From Caecitellus pseudoparvulus (lineage: Eukaryota; Protista; Bigyra: Bicosoecida), in the NCBI GenBank assembly GCA_965644315.1, contig CBFFRQ010000081.1, positions 1-64,000 on the forward strand: a stretch of 64,000 nt of DNA. The letters are read 5' to 3'. The position numbers and the translations under genes are program-made. Shown one piece after another: positions 18,301-28,900 of the stretch; the stretch's first letter is position 1, and every line of letters begins with the position of its first letter. Below the pieces are notes generated by a model, which saw only the letters and a list, made by a program, of their open reading frames with translations, made no database searches and was not told where the DNA came from.

Positions 18301-19919
18301 CGCGCATTCATGTGCTTCATCTGGGCGCGGTGCACGTGGAAGCGGCAGTGGAACTTGCCTCGCATGACGCTGACGGAAAAGGCGGGGTAAATGGGCATGC
18401 CTTGCAGGTCCAGGTTCTTGAATGCGACGCCCATGGGTGCGTCGAAGTTCCCGTTCAGACCGAAGGTCATGGTGCGCTTGTCGTAGTCCACGGCGCAGCT
18501 GATGATGTCGCCATTCTCCCACTCGCTGCCAAAGGAGCCGTCATCTCCCCCATTCCACTTCTTCCGACGCTGGCCGTCCCAGGCCCACGAGTTGGGGTCG
18601 TCGCCAACGCCATTGTTGCGCTTGGTCGTGAAGGCGTTGTTCACCCAGCCCACCTGCAGGTACCGGTTTCGCCCAGAGAACATCTGCAGCTCGTAGTACC
18701 TGCCCGACGTCACCGCCGCGCCTGGGATGGCCACAGTGGGGAACGTGGACGCTTTGCTGGTGTTCAGGGAAAACCGTACACGGCCACTGCTGTCCCCCAT
18801 GAACAGCCCATCGATGCCGAGGATCTGGTACTTCCGCCTGCCAGACACCATGGGCAGGGGGCGCGTTGGCCCGCCAGCGTTGAACTCGGGTGCGTACTTG
18901 CTCTGCAGCACCTTGCGGCTCTCGCTGCCCGCATACCGCAGCGCGTCGTCGCTGTCGTCCATGACTGCAAAGTCAAAGTAGTCCTCCGCCTCTGCCACCT
19001 GGTCGCCGCCCTTGGGCGACATGGCCGAGCCGCGTCGAGGGTGTCCCTTGGAATCCGGTGAGCCGAAGCCCTTCTTCTTGCTCTGCCCTGTCAGCAGCCG
19101 CATGGTACTCATCTTCAGCATGGCGTCCTCCTTGTGTTCGTCCAGGTCATCATCGTCCTCACCAGGGTTGCCACTGGAGGAGAGGCGGCTGGGAGAGTCG
19201 CCCTGGGCTGGCTTGGCTTGCCCACTGCCAGGCTTCTGCTTCTCTTCCGCTTCAAATCCGCCTGGGCTGTCTGCCCGACCCGACGCAGGGGTGGGCAAAG
19301 GGGGCGGCGCCTTGGACTCGCCAGCGCCGTCCTGTAGCACTGACGATGATGACTCGTGTAGGTCACTCACACCAGAGCCCGTCAGCGTCGCAGACGGCTC
19401 CACACGGGCATCCACCGCCGAGGGCCGATGCCCGGCGCCAAGTCCGCTCAAGTCCACCTTGGACACTTGCGTGGAGGGATCCTCCGCGTGGCTTGCTTCG
19501 GATAAGCAGATGAAGTTGTTGTGCATGTCCAGAGTCATCAGCTTGATCTTGCGATCGGCGCCGGTGGTGATGAAGAGGAAGTCGATGGCAGCAGACTCCC
19601 TGTCCACCCGCAGAGTTGGCATGGGGTAGCTGATCCACGGCTCCATCTTGTGCCGGAAGTCCTTGCTCATTGACACGATCTGCGTGATGCTGCCCTCGTG
19701 TTGGGGTGCCATCTCAGCCACCACTCTCCAGTCCATCCACAGTGACTCTGTGACGTGAGCAGAGCGAGGCGCGCCGAGTACGGCCAGCAGTCGCCCATGG
19801 GACGTGCCCACCTGGATGACGTCGTTCGGGGTGGGCATGCTGGGGTGCGGCGCATCCACCACGAGAACCTCTTCCTCGTTGTGCCTCGAGCCAAAGCAAG
19901 CTGACAATGGCAGGTGCAC
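15357..19919 (-). CDS. SPRY-domain, EF-hand-containing protein with C-terminal transmembrane segments (5' end uncertain)
   Basis: SPRY motifs YYEL, QVGW, GVGDDPNSWAWDG, WENGDIISCAVD, FGLNG; EF-hand-like DTDGGGISFDEF and DVIESDNVLDRQEF; hydrophobic LLYSLMVLVVLLVIMLVFILLGV. Confidence 0.8.
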   Translation of the reverse strand: MHLPLSACFGSRHNEEEVLVVDAPHPSMPTPNDVIQVGTSHGRLLAVLGAPRSAHVTESLWMDWRVVAEMAPQHEGSITQIVSMSKDFRHKMEPWISYPMPTLRVDRESAAIDFLFITTGADRKIKLMTLDMHNNFICLSEASHAEDPSTQVSKVDLSGLGAGHRPSAVDARVEPSATLTGSGVSDLHESSSSVLQDGAGESKAPPPLPTPASGRADSPGGFEAEEKQKPGSGQAKPAQGDSPSRLSSSGNPGEDDDDLDEHKEDAMLKMSTMRLLTGQSKKKGFGSPDSKGHPRRGSAMSPKGGDQVAEAEDYFDFAVMDDSDDALRYAGSESRKVLQSKYAPEFNAGGPTRPLPMVSGRRKYQILGIDGLFMGDSSGRVRFSLNTSKASTFPTVAIPGAAVTSGRYYELQMFSGRNRYLQVGWVNNAFTTKRNNGVGDDPNSWAWDGQRRKKWNGGDDGSFGSEWENGDIISCAVDYDKRTMTFGLNGNFDAPMGVAFKNLDLQGMPIYPAFSVSVMRGKFHCRFHVHRAQMKHMNARAMAGYRPIGELLTSQAVAEELRLDMVEAVNGANLPVHDAMRMQMAFVSDLYSQRDRLDEFVEAEMSDKFAKKQEEHTNQFHRLVGDARSSSATVQLMIDEDEMRTLSSHDAAAAVKSLAVRDDLARASAEAGLDLTQDSACIDLDRALKLLTRVESARFSNIPFCREEDDDVGGEAKPVRATARVLSTILKFVTGRLPPAEELLRILPVARAAGPALAAVAASSGDRGDEETTRRPWLLDQVLPVLQAAQRWSVGVGLHPLQSLRGMSNRTTEKYFGVKGASVRLLSRAVWGANPAFVLPEVDRVLIGFFSLMQGDVATGLCRILGIPRVMLTQNTVQLTLLHNESIRNSLIRVLLRRLPKPAAEAIVQRVRDVSQGGQELPPGLTSFEEVKLLQSVSPSSIESAMGLLGPVDKVQAVLQRDTSGKAARSRKGQVSQAAQASMAVVKFAASQVSHGIATSVAAPMAALSASASAAAGQAQDAASSMVGGANLSSLLSADIMGARDSALGAVGSAAGAISGGISQAQGALSSLGMVTDFLSQGSGDEIFAKRLRDPKFLAVTLGGILLRGNPGELLTTIPVFVQALVQNEPKLVAALGVIQHFIALMQARLRALEDVSNAAASQAESVIGSAASVASRAQTAGQSGAAAAAAVSAAGSTSGSSAKKALAVSKAVAEELGKRQEHIMQLLESVVPVEQHGALAIVDAILSLSRRDISGVRKLALQFGGFNKDRLETIINTITGLVEQLQRAGVDTSSPGAAASAATAAATAAAKVALDAAKDKAKAAMDSVVAGAKTKLANKFASLPLVNGRLSDQAIDLLYDAFDTDGGGISFDEFVDFTANASLPLTNERAKRIFASLDVIESDNVLDRQEFKAGIHILLREITEAALSPMGLSWDVLLYSLMVLVVLLVIMLVFILLGVQAMSGGSTFGAVVNSAMPLAGGLGLAAGTDPSQVAKQLREKATALKQRITDAIKNLQPKD

Positions 19920-20187
19920 GGGGTGTTGCGTGCAGCTTGGTATCGTGGGTCACGAACATGACACCAACATGCACACGAGCGAGCTTTATCGCCAAGCACA
20001 TTTGGGCTGAACAGAACGCTTTTGCTGAGCTGGGGAGCAGATTAAGGCTCCTGACACCACACTTATCAGCCAGCCAAACGATGGCATCTCATCTAACCAG
20101 CGCCAGGCCAGGCTAGCTTCACCTCGACGCAAAATCCCGCTGCCTGACCAGCACTTCGCTTGCATTAACCAACATGCTGCCTGAACA

Positions 20188-22254
20188 TTACATTCGTGCT
20201 TTGCGCTTAGCCTGTGGTTTGTGTGCTACAGAGCTTCTGCGGCGCTTTGCTCGACCCAGCGATGCTGCTGCCCTGCCTGCTTTCCGTGCTTGTCGGGTAC
20301 GAGCTTTTGTGGGTGGTCGTGATAGCGTACCTCGGGCTTCACCAGCCGCAGCCAACAGTCCCCCGTGCTTGGCAAGGCCATCACCATCCGCACCGCGCAT
20401 ACCTGCAAGCTGCACGTGGTGCTCCATGTCGCTTGAAGCACTTTCGGGGGTGACGGGCAGCTCAGCTTCAATGGCAGACCCTGGGTGGCCCATCTCATCA
20501 GCCACATGGGGATGGACCCCATGGCTCTCACAGTAGCGGTATATCAGTAGACTGCCAAGCGCAATGTTGCGGCCCAGATCCTCCAACCACCCCGCGTCAA
20601 CTGTGTCGCTTATCCACGCGTTCGCTTCTTCGTGGGCTGATGCTTCGACAGCCAACACGCTCCTGCCAGTCTTGTTCGCGTCAGCTTGGAGCACGTCATC
20701 TGAAGGGACAAGGCTCTGAATGAGCTTCTCTCTCCACACGACAACGGTAGCGGGAACAAACGACAGAAGAGAGTCACTACGCAGCCAGACGGACATTTCG
20801 GGATCCAGCACTGACAGGAAAGCACTCATCACACGAAGTTTGGTCGGACAGCTTGCCCGTGCAATGCGCTCTTCTTCACAAACCTCAGGCGCAGGCCATG
20901 ACGTCAAAGATGACAAGCCCGGCCTGGCCAACTCCTGTGTCAACTCCCACACACGCTCAGGGCTGTGGCCGCAGACCTTCAACACATGCTCCAAGAATGC
21001 TTCCAGCCGACCGTGCGGGCTCACATCGTCCGTCCCCTCCGGACAAAACTGGCTCAGCTTGTCCAAAGCTCTGGCCGTTTCCACATTGGCAGGGTGCGGC
21101 CGCCACGCAGGATCCCGCGCGTACAAGTCGAAGGACGGGCCTGAAGCGCTGCCTACATGTGAAAGAATGTAGGCCATGAGCGATTCCTGCGTCCAGCGAC
21201 AACTCTGCAATTGAATGTGTTTGAGCCGGCTGCCCCAGTCACGGCGCATGTGTGCGTGGGTGTACTCCGGCGGAAAGGCATCCCGCCGGCTGCCAGAGTT
21301 GAACAGCAGGTGCGTGCGGGAGAACCTCGTGCAAAGCACCATGCCTATGGCAGTGTTGTTCATGCGAGGCACGGCATCCAAGCCATGAAGCCAAGCTTCA
21401 GCGCATGCAGCGGAGAAATGTCGGCCTTTGAACACGCACTCGGCTTCATCAACAAAGACAATCACGCTTACACCCGACATTTTCAACAGGGCGCTTGCTA
21501 CGCTCACTTTGGTTTGGGTTGAGGTCAGGAGCGCAAACGGCCCACGGGTCACTTTTGGCGCGAATTCTTCGACCCTGTCTGGCGCAGCACCAGCAAGCTC
21601 AGACAGCGTCTGAGCGAGCCCCAAGCGCTGCTTTGCCCTGCGCAGATGGCCCACGATCATGCCCAGCAGGCGAATGTCAAATTGGTCACAATCTGATGCA
21701 GTGTGCGCAGCCAAGTTAAGATAACAACAGATAGTAAGTTTGTCATCCTCTGCTGAGGCTGCTCCTTGGGAAGCGTGAAGGTGGGCAGCAAAGGTTTGGA
21801 AGAGGTATGTCTTGCCGATGCCCCGCGGGCCTGAAAGCAAGTATGCCCCAAACACGGCTGTGTCGAGGTGCAGCCCGACCTTGAGATTGCGTAGCACCCT
21901 TAGTGCGGGAAGCTGGCATGGAAGGGGAAGCACCACTGGAAGACGAGGGTTCTCTACCATCCCACGCCACAGGGCCAGCTGTTCCTCCTCGTACCACCTC
22001 GCACCTGACAGGTACAGGCGCTCGAAGGGGCCAGGCGGTGTGACCGGCTCGCGTTGCTCGGTTCCAGGGTTCAAACGCGGGCGCGGGCAGGGACCACCAA
22101 CGAGCTGAGCCACGCCCTTCGAAAGCTCAACACCCATGACCTCCTTTGCTGTGAAGGTCTTGGTTGGCCCTACCTTGCCGTCGGAGCAGAGTCTGTGCAC
22201 GAGCTCGTCGAAGTGCGTGGCACTGCAGAAACGCAATGAAACGCGCGGCCTCAA
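20188..22254 (-). CDS. P-loop NTPase domain protein
   Basis: Walker A LSGPRGIGKT, Walker B IVFVDEAE, 688-codon ORF with basic C-terminal tail. Confidence 0.7.
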   Translation of the reverse strand: MRPRVSLRFCSATHFDELVHRLCSDGKVGPTKTFTAKEVMGVELSKGVAQLVGGPCPRPRLNPGTEQREPVTPPGPFERLYLSGARWYEEEQLALWRGMVENPRLPVVLPLPCQLPALRVLRNLKVGLHLDTAVFGAYLLSGPRGIGKTYLFQTFAAHLHASQGAASAEDDKLTICCYLNLAAHTASDCDQFDIRLLGMIVGHLRRAKQRLGLAQTLSELAGAAPDRVEEFAPKVTRGPFALLTSTQTKVSVASALLKMSGVSVIVFVDEAECVFKGRHFSAACAEAWLHGLDAVPRMNNTAIGMVLCTRFSRTHLLFNSGSRRDAFPPEYTHAHMRRDWGSRLKHIQLQSCRWTQESLMAYILSHVGSASGPSFDLYARDPAWRPHPANVETARALDKLSQFCPEGTDDVSPHGRLEAFLEHVLKVCGHSPERVWELTQELARPGLSSLTSWPAPEVCEEERIARASCPTKLRVMSAFLSVLDPEMSVWLRSDSLLSFVPATVVVWREKLIQSLVPSDDVLQADANKTGRSVLAVEASAHEEANAWISDTVDAGWLEDLGRNIALGSLLIYRYCESHGVHPHVADEMGHPGSAIEAELPVTPESASSDMEHHVQLAGMRGADGDGLAKHGGLLAAAGEARGTLSRPPTKARTRQARKAGRAAASLGRAKRRRSSVAHKPQAKRKARM

Positions 22255-23797
22255 ATCAGCCGAGTTGCGCGTTGCATACGATGCAGGTTGTGATCGAGAA
22301 GTCCTATCGTAAGTTTGAAAAGAAGACTTTGAAGAGGAATTTGATACTGATGACTAGGGCTAGTCTTTGCGTGCTCACTTGCCCAAGGAGAACGCAGAGT
22401 TACCTGCAGCGTTGAGAGCAGCGCCAAGCCTGAAGAATCTCTGCATGGCAGCAGGCAATGCAAAACGAAAAAGGCTTACAGATCACATTTCGAGCTCCCT
22501 GTGTAAGGTTTCGCTGCAACTGTATTTTTTGTGAGCTGGAGTGTGAGTTCAGCAGACTTGCGCCGTTGTCAGTTTGAAGAGTCTCTGTGAGGATGGCACC
22601 AATGGTGAGCCATCTGACGCGGAGGAGCCGAAGGATAGCACCGCCCTGGCTGTTGGCAAGCTCGTGTGGCTGGGGCTGAGCCTGCTGCAAGAGTCCCTAT
22701 GCAAAGGGGTGGTGTCCCTGGCCCCCGCTTGTACTGGATCACACCCTGCCCACGACGTGCTTTGTGGCCCAGCGCACGGCTTGAGCCAGTGCGTGCTGCA
22801 CCTCAGGCTATACACCGAAAGAGGAGTGCTTCCTGCAGAGTGCCCTTTTTCAGGAGTCAACCTTGTGTTTGAAGGGCCGCATGAGGCCTCGCCAGAAGGC
22901 TGCCTGCACCTTGACCGTGCCTTCGCGGCCGTGCACGGCGGAGCACTCCCACAGGCGATTGGCACACACAATGTAGAAAGTGAGACATGTCGGGGGGTGA
23001 GGTCTATGCAGCCGAGGAAGTTGGGTATAGCTTGCGTGTGGGGAGAGCGCTCGCAGAGGCGAAGTTGACGCCATGCCGGGCTGGGCCATGGTTTGAACTG
23101 CCGCTGTGGGGCTTGAGGCAGCCTTATGAACTAGATCTCATCCCAACGTGCTCCTATGGGACGCGAAGCTTGCGCCCTGGCTTTGCATTCCCTGGCAGTG
23201 GTGTATGGGTGGGACTGTCTTGTTGTTCCTTGCCCGTGTGAGCGGCTATCCTATGGTATGGCATGCCAACTCGCTGCCGGACAATTGCCGAGGCCGGCTG
23301 TAGCCAAACTCAAAGCCTGTCCATGCTCGTTTCCGGCGTATCTCTTCGCTCCGTGCCCCTGTCGGCCTTGCGCTGCCAGTGCTTCAGAGACCACAAGCCA
23401 AGCTGGCCAAACTCTTCGCCGTGGCACAACTCAAACCAAACCTTGCCAGGGGTAACGGAAATTCAGCCTGGCATCCAGCAGGTAAGGACATCCTTCAGCT
23501 CGATGTCGGCGTGAACCTTTCTTCCCGTGTATCTTGTCAAGAGGTGGTGCGTGCAGCGTTGGCGTGTCACTTGCCGTTGCGATTTCCGCATATGGAGCCC
23601 TGCCGCATTCTTCTCACAAAGACTGGCGCAGCGGCTGCGTCTGCATTTCCACAGGTTTGACGTCGACATCGGTTTACGCCTTCCCTTGCTGCATACCTAT
23701 TGCTCATCTGCGCAACATTTCGGATCTTCACTCATACGAGCCTGTTTCTTCCTGTGGCTCCAACTTCGGCGTCGTTTGCATCCTGGCGTCACGTATC

Positions 23798-24727
23798 ATG
23801 GCAACCATTGATGATCCGGCACAACTCAAAACCCAATGGAAAGCCGCTTGTGAAAGACGTGATGTTTTTCAGCTGTGGCTTATCTTGGGGCGAGTCAGCG
23901 CTCAGTCTTCATCTTTGGCAGAGACGCTGGACAGTTCTGACACAACAGATGGGTTTCTAGTCGCTTGCCGATGGGGGGAGGTGGAGTTGATGCGTGAGCT
24001 GCTGAGCCTCACTGGTGCACGGGAAGTGGATGTGCACGCGGCGGACAAACATGGACCTGAGGCCGGCTTTCGAGCCGCATGCACAAATGGCGACATAGAC
24101 ATCGTGTGCGAGCTGCTGGCCCTCACTGGGGCGCGGGAAGTGGATGTGCATGCGGCGGATCGGGCTGGACCCGAGGCTGCCTTCCGAGAGGCATGCTGCC
24201 TTGGCCGTGCAGACGTCGTGTGCGAGCTGCTGGCCCTCACTGGGGCGCGGGAAGTGGATGTGCACGCGGCGGATCGGGTTGGACCCGAAGCCGCCTTCCG
24301 ATTGGCATGCCGTGGTGGCTACACAGACGTCGTACGAATTTTGTTGGGCCTCACCGGGGCGCGAGAAGTGGATGTGAATGTGTCAGATTGGGCTGGACCT
24401 GAGGCCGCCTTCCGAGGAGCATGCGAGAGTGGCCGCACAGACGTCGTGCGTGAGCTGCTGGCCCTTACTGGAGCGCGGGAAATCGATGTGCATGCAGAGT
24501 ATTTGGCGAAGCCTGATGCCGCTTTTCGGTTGGCATGCAGGAAAGACCATACAGACACCATGCGAGAGCTACTCGCCCTCACTGGTGACAGAGCCATCCC
24601 ACCTCACATCTGGCTCCAAGAAGGGGAGTCTGCCACGCAAGCTGCGCGTGATGCAGCGTGGGCTGGCACCAGCACTCGGCGTGGGCGGCGTGCGATGCTC
24701 ATGCTAAGGCTTCAGGGTGCGAAGTAA
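23798..24727 (+). CDS. Ankyrin-like repeat protein (39-aa / 117-bp repeats)
   Basis: About five tandem ELLALTGAREVDVHAAD..GPEAAFRxAC..G..DVV units; ATG at 23798 (MATIDDP); C-terminal AARDAAWAGTSTRRGRRAML. Confidence 0.85.
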   Translation: MATIDDPAQLKTQWKAACERRDVFQLWLILGRVSAQSSSLAETLDSSDTTDGFLVACRWGEVELMRELLSLTGAREVDVHAADKHGPEAGFRAACTNGDIDIVCELLALTGAREVDVHAADRAGPEAAFREACCLGRADVVCELLALTGAREVDVHAADRVGPEAAFRLACRGGYTDVVRILLGLTGAREVDVNVSDWAGPEAAFRGACESGRTDVVRELLALTGAREIDVHAEYLAKPDAAFRLACRKDHTDTMRELLALTGDRAIPPHIWLQEGESATQAARDAAWAGTSTRRGRRAMLMLRLQGAK

Positions 24728-25024
24728 GCGAAGGCAGCCTCCCTGCGCTACTCTACAACGCCATGGTAGTTGAGATGACAGCTAACCTTTGACGAAAGGT
24801 AGGTGCCTGCTCCACAAGCCCAAACGAGCGCCGATCCTTCACTGAACCTGAAAGCAACATTCATGAGATTTTCTGGAGAGCGGCTACCTGCCGAGTTGCA
24901 ACTCGGCGCCCTTGACCCCCCCCCCAGCAATTCACATGACTGTACTGCGAAGTCATGGCGCAACAATGCCACCGAGACACAGTGAAGTATGCGCCCGATG
25001 GTGAAGTGGGGACCATTTGCCCAC

Positions 25025-28000
25025 CTACAGAAATTGCCGCAACAGATTGCTGGCGGCGTCGACGCCCGCCAGTACCCGTGTCCAGTGAGCCTGGGTCACA
25101 GGAAGCACTGGCACGCTGTGCAGCCCGCTGGCGAGCACGCGTCCAGCGACTGCCAGAGGGGCACTCACTCCCTCATCAACTCCAAGAATCACCACCCGCG
25201 CGCCCGTGTTCACTAGGGCTGCTTGCAGGAGCAGTGCCACCTGCTCAATGTTCTGGCCAGGGCATTGGGCCAACAAGTCAGGCCAAGACAGGGCGACAAT
25301 GGCACCACTTCCACAACATGCACATAGGGGCGAAGCAGGAGATGACTGTGGCCCGCTTGCGCTGCTGGATGGGCAGTGGAGTCCGGCTGACGTCAGCACC
25401 TGCCTCAATGAGTGCGGGGATGGCTGTTTGGCACTTCCTCTGCTGTGCCCGGTTGCACCACGACTATGGTCCAGATTTTCAAGCTCCCGTGCGCCGACAG
25501 TGTGTACTGGTACGCCAAGCAATTTGGTTCCTGTTCTGCCAACTACCAAGGGAGACATTGGACGCCGTCCCTTCCTGCGATGAGTCTCAGATTCCATCAT
25601 GCTCTGCGACGCGAAGTCTTCCAGAGATGTTGGCAGAAGAAGCAGTGAAACGTGAGACCCATTTACAGCGTTTGTGCCGCTACCGCAAACGAAAACAAAG
25701 GACCCTGCGTCCGCAGCCTGTTGCTGCTTTGCATGACACGTGTCAACCAGGCAGCAAGCTCCGTCATGCCCAGGCACTTCTTCAACATTCGCGACAGCGC
25801 TCTTTGCTGGGTTGATACAAGGGGTGCGACCCAGTACTGCCGAGCTTAGCAGCACTACCGCAGCTAACACGAATACGACAACAACGGTGCAGTTTGACTT
25901 TCGATCACGTTCACAGCGAAAGCAATTGAGCCGCACAGAAGAGGGGTCACACCCTGTGCTTTGCGCACTCACAGGTCTTCCAACCACGCAGGTTGCCTGA
26001 GCGCAACCAATATGCACACGCCGATGCTGACCGCGGCAGCGGCCGCTGAGTGAGCTTCCCCAATACCCTCTCACAACAACAAGGTAGGCAATACACGCCA
26101 TGAGTACACACATCAAGACCCACAGCGCTGGTGTGGCACCCCATTTGGGACTACAAACGTCCAAGAAGAGTCCACGGTGGTGGAGCCTCCTGTCCGCGCT
26201 TGCCCATCGGCGTTCGACAACAGACATGTCTGCGCATCCGTCACACACTGGGGTATCAATCTGAACGGGAAAGTGCATGCTCCACCCAAGCAGGCCATTG
26301 CCCAGGCCAAGAAAACCATGGTGCGCTGCCGCCGTGTGTGGCTCCGCAGCCGCGCCACTTGGCCACCATGCGGACGGCACAGTGCCGGCTTGCAGCTTCC
26401 ACCGAGGCTGAAGCACGGCAAAGACGCTGGCACTGTTAATGCGGTTATGGACACATGGCTGCGGCGACAGCCAACCTGCCTGGCCCCCACGCTCACAGTC
26501 TCGCCACGCCTGCCACCCAGCTACCGAGGAGGAGTTGGTGACTGCTGGCAACGTAAACGCCGCTTCTAGATGAGGAAGCGTGGCTTCAAAATCAGGCTGC
26601 TGCAAGACTCCAGCATGACGAATCACTCTTTGAACAAGTGCTGCCAGTGCTGCCTCGCCCGCCTTGGCAGTTTTTGCTTCAGGGTCTTGGCGCAATAAGT
26701 CCCCTGCCCACCCAAGTGACGCCAGTGCGCCTACCACCCCTCCAAAGCCAGTGTCCAACAGCTGCACAGCACCTAGACTCTGCGCTGTGTTGTGCCTGCT
26801 AGGGGGCGGCCCATGCCTAATTGCGCAGCCCAGCAGCGCCTCACGTTGCTTGCGAGACACACCTGGCAACGGCCCGTCTGTCTCCCAGGAAGCGCCACAA
26901 GTGCCGCTGATAAGCGCACTGCTCGCCAAAGCAGCCACTGTCTCAGCAGAACCAGCATTCTCTGCCAGAATATCACACGCAGGAATAAACTCAGCGGCAC
27001 CGGGTGCGGCGCAGGCAGCCTGTAGTTGAAGCAGCGCCACGCCCAGCAGAGAAGCACCAGCAGGCAAGTCCAGACTGGCGTTTGAGACGGTGGCGACTGG
27101 GAGGGACAGCTCATCTAACGCCGCAGCAGAGAGCATGATCGGGGAGCACTGAGAGACACCTGCAGAGCGCGGTTCGTATCGCAGTCCAAGCAAGCGCACC
27201 ACATCTCGCTGGGGCCCGCACATTGGGGCTGCACCTGTCAGGCTTGGCAGAGTGAAGTCTGCGGTGCCGCCTTGCTCTGGATCATGCTCTGCCTGCTGAG
27301 CCGGCGCGAACCAGGCCCCTGTTGACGGCTGCTTCCAAGGTGATGCAGCAGCAATTTCTCGATGCCACGCAGCATGGGCTGCACCCGGGCGCCCTTCCCA
27401 CGCCCCCAGCACCGCAGAGCGTGGGTGCACACGCGGCAGGCCGCCTTCCGCGGGGCAAGGCTGTTGAACAAGCTCCAGTCGCGGATGGGCGTACCAGCCA
27501 GCAGCAGCTGCTGCAGGAACGCCTTTGGCGGGCACTGCGTGCGTCACGCCATCTTGCTGCACCATGCGCCTCAGGCGGGGGCTGCCGTCCGGAGCAGAGT
27601 CCCACACCACACTGCGGTAAATGCCATTGCCACCCAAGTACAGCACACTCCCACCCAGGCGTTGATAGTGTGCCAGTGCGTCGTACATCGGCGCACTCCA
27701 ATATTCTGGGTGCGCTAGCAGCAGAATCACGCGGTATCGAGCCAGCAACCAGGGCCCCTCAGTGTGCACGTCATAGTCTGTGATGTAGTCCGTGTTGCTT
27801 GGCTGCAGCACACCTGTTCGCGACCACAGCAAATGAGCAAGACCCACCTCTTGAGCTATGCCGTGCCCCCATGTATGCAGTGCGCGGAACTGACTTGTGC
27901 GAAATCTTTCCAGAGCAGCATTCACTGCATCCAGGCATGGTGGGGGGGGTGCACTGCCTCGCGATCCCGGCTGCAGTAGTTGCCCAAGCGTGGGACAAGA

Positions 28001-28900
28001 TGTGGCGACCTGTTCGTCACGCCCATCGGCTGCTAGTGCCTCCCGCCACAGCTGCTCGTCATTCTGGATGCCTGCTGCAGCTTTCTCAGCGGGCAGTGCG
28101 CCAGCGCCGTACTGGGAAACCAGGCCTGTCAGTGGCCGGGCGTGACTCACAGTCAACTCCTGTTGCCGCGGCGGAAACACTACGGGTGGGTGCTGCGGGC
28201 ATTTGTTCTTGTCCACCACGTTTGAGGGCGACTTCAGCCCTGGCTTGGTGTGAGACCACGTGTACAATGACATATCACAGGCGCCAGCAGTATTGTACGC
28301 TGCCCACGTATTTGTGTTGGCCACGACAGCTACATCCGCAGCAGAGGCATTCAGGGGCGATGCGCCACACCCTGCAAACACAGCAGCCGCTGCTGAATGG
28401 GGCGGGAACACGGCTGCATCGGTCGCTGCTGGTCCAGCGGGTGGGCAGGCGCCTCGCAGAAGCGCTACAGAGAAGAGGCCACCACCCCAGGCGCCGGAAA
28501 ACGGTACCGCTGCCACGACAGGCCATCCCATGCCTTGGAGGTGCGGCACTGCACTGGTGCGCTTTGGCGGCTGCCAGGAGTCTTGCAACCATGGCTGTCT
28601 CCTGAAAGGAACCGAAAAGAGCCCCACCAAAGCAGCTGCGTGGCGCTGCCGCACCAGCGTCCGTTGACGTGCGCCGCCTCGCTTGGCAACGGCAGCACAG
28701 AAAGATGCATCTCCTTCAATCGCCCAGGAGCGAAGAAAAGTGTAATCTCCATGAATAGGGGCGGTGCTGCCTGCCTCCACACAGCGTAGGGCGCCAGCGT
28801 AGGCAGGAGCGGCTGGAGCTGTGCCTTCGGAATTTGCTACAATGCTGAGCACGAAGATCCACACAGGCAAGAACAGAAGGTGCCACGCACGCATCCCCAT
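25025..28900 (-). CDS. Secreted/membrane protein with N,N-dimethylformamidase large-subunit-like domain (3' end uncertain)
   Basis: Signal-like MRAWHLLFLPVWIFVLSIVANS; family motifs NTNTWAAYN, DYITDYDVH, LARYRVILLLAHPEYWS..MYDAL, GGSVLYLGGNGIY. Confidence 0.7.
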   Translation of the reverse strand: MGMRAWHLLFLPVWIFVLSIVANSEGTAPAAPAYAGALRCVEAGSTAPIHGDYTFLRSWAIEGDASFCAAVAKRGGARQRTLVRQRHAAALVGLFSVPFRRQPWLQDSWQPPKRTSAVPHLQGMGWPVVAAVPFSGAWGGGLFSVALLRGACPPAGPAATDAAVFPPHSAAAAVFAGCGASPLNASAADVAVVANTNTWAAYNTAGACDMSLYTWSHTKPGLKSPSNVVDKNKCPQHPPVVFPPRQQELTVSHARPLTGLVSQYGAGALPAEKAAAGIQNDEQLWREALAADGRDEQVATSCPTLGQLLQPGSRGSAPPPPCLDAVNAALERFRTSQFRALHTWGHGIAQEVGLAHLLWSRTGVLQPSNTDYITDYDVHTEGPWLLARYRVILLLAHPEYWSAPMYDALAHYQRLGGSVLYLGGNGIYRSVVWDSAPDGSPRLRRMVQQDGVTHAVPAKGVPAAAAAGWYAHPRLELVQQPCPAEGGLPRVHPRSAVLGAWEGRPGAAHAAWHREIAAASPWKQPSTGAWFAPAQQAEHDPEQGGTADFTLPSLTGAAPMCGPQRDVVRLLGLRYEPRSAGVSQCSPIMLSAAALDELSLPVATVSNASLDLPAGASLLGVALLQLQAACAAPGAAEFIPACDILAENAGSAETVAALASSALISGTCGASWETDGPLPGVSRKQREALLGCAIRHGPPPSRHNTAQSLGAVQLLDTGFGGVVGALASLGWAGDLLRQDPEAKTAKAGEAALAALVQRVIRHAGVLQQPDFEATLPHLEAAFTLPAVTNSSSVAGWQAWRDCERGGQAGWLSPQPCVHNRINSASVFAVLQPRWKLQAGTVPSAWWPSGAAAEPHTAAAHHGFLGLGNGLLGWSMHFPVQIDTPVCDGCADMSVVERRWASADRRLHHRGLFLDVCSPKWGATPALWVLMCVLMACIAYLVVVRGYWGSSLSGRCRGQHRRVHIGCAQATCVVGRPVSAQSTGCDPSSVRLNCFRCERDRKSNCTVVVVFVLAAVVLLSSAVLGRTPCINPAKSAVANVEEVPGHDGACCLVDTCHAKQQQAADAGSFVFVCGSGTNAVNGSHVSLLLLPTSLEDFASQSMMESETHRRKGRRPMSPLVVGRTGTKLLGVPVHTVGARELENLDHSRGATGHSRGSAKQPSPHSLRQVLTSAGLHCPSSSASGPQSSPASPLCACCGSGAIVALSWPDLLAQCPGQNIEQVALLLQAALVNTGARVVILGVDEGVSAPLAVAGRVLASGLHSVPVLPVTQAHWTRVLAGVDAASNLLRQFL

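Noticed and set aside
22300-23700. Several 80-165 aa ORFs
   Set aside because: No recognisable motifs or consistent frame; left unannotated.
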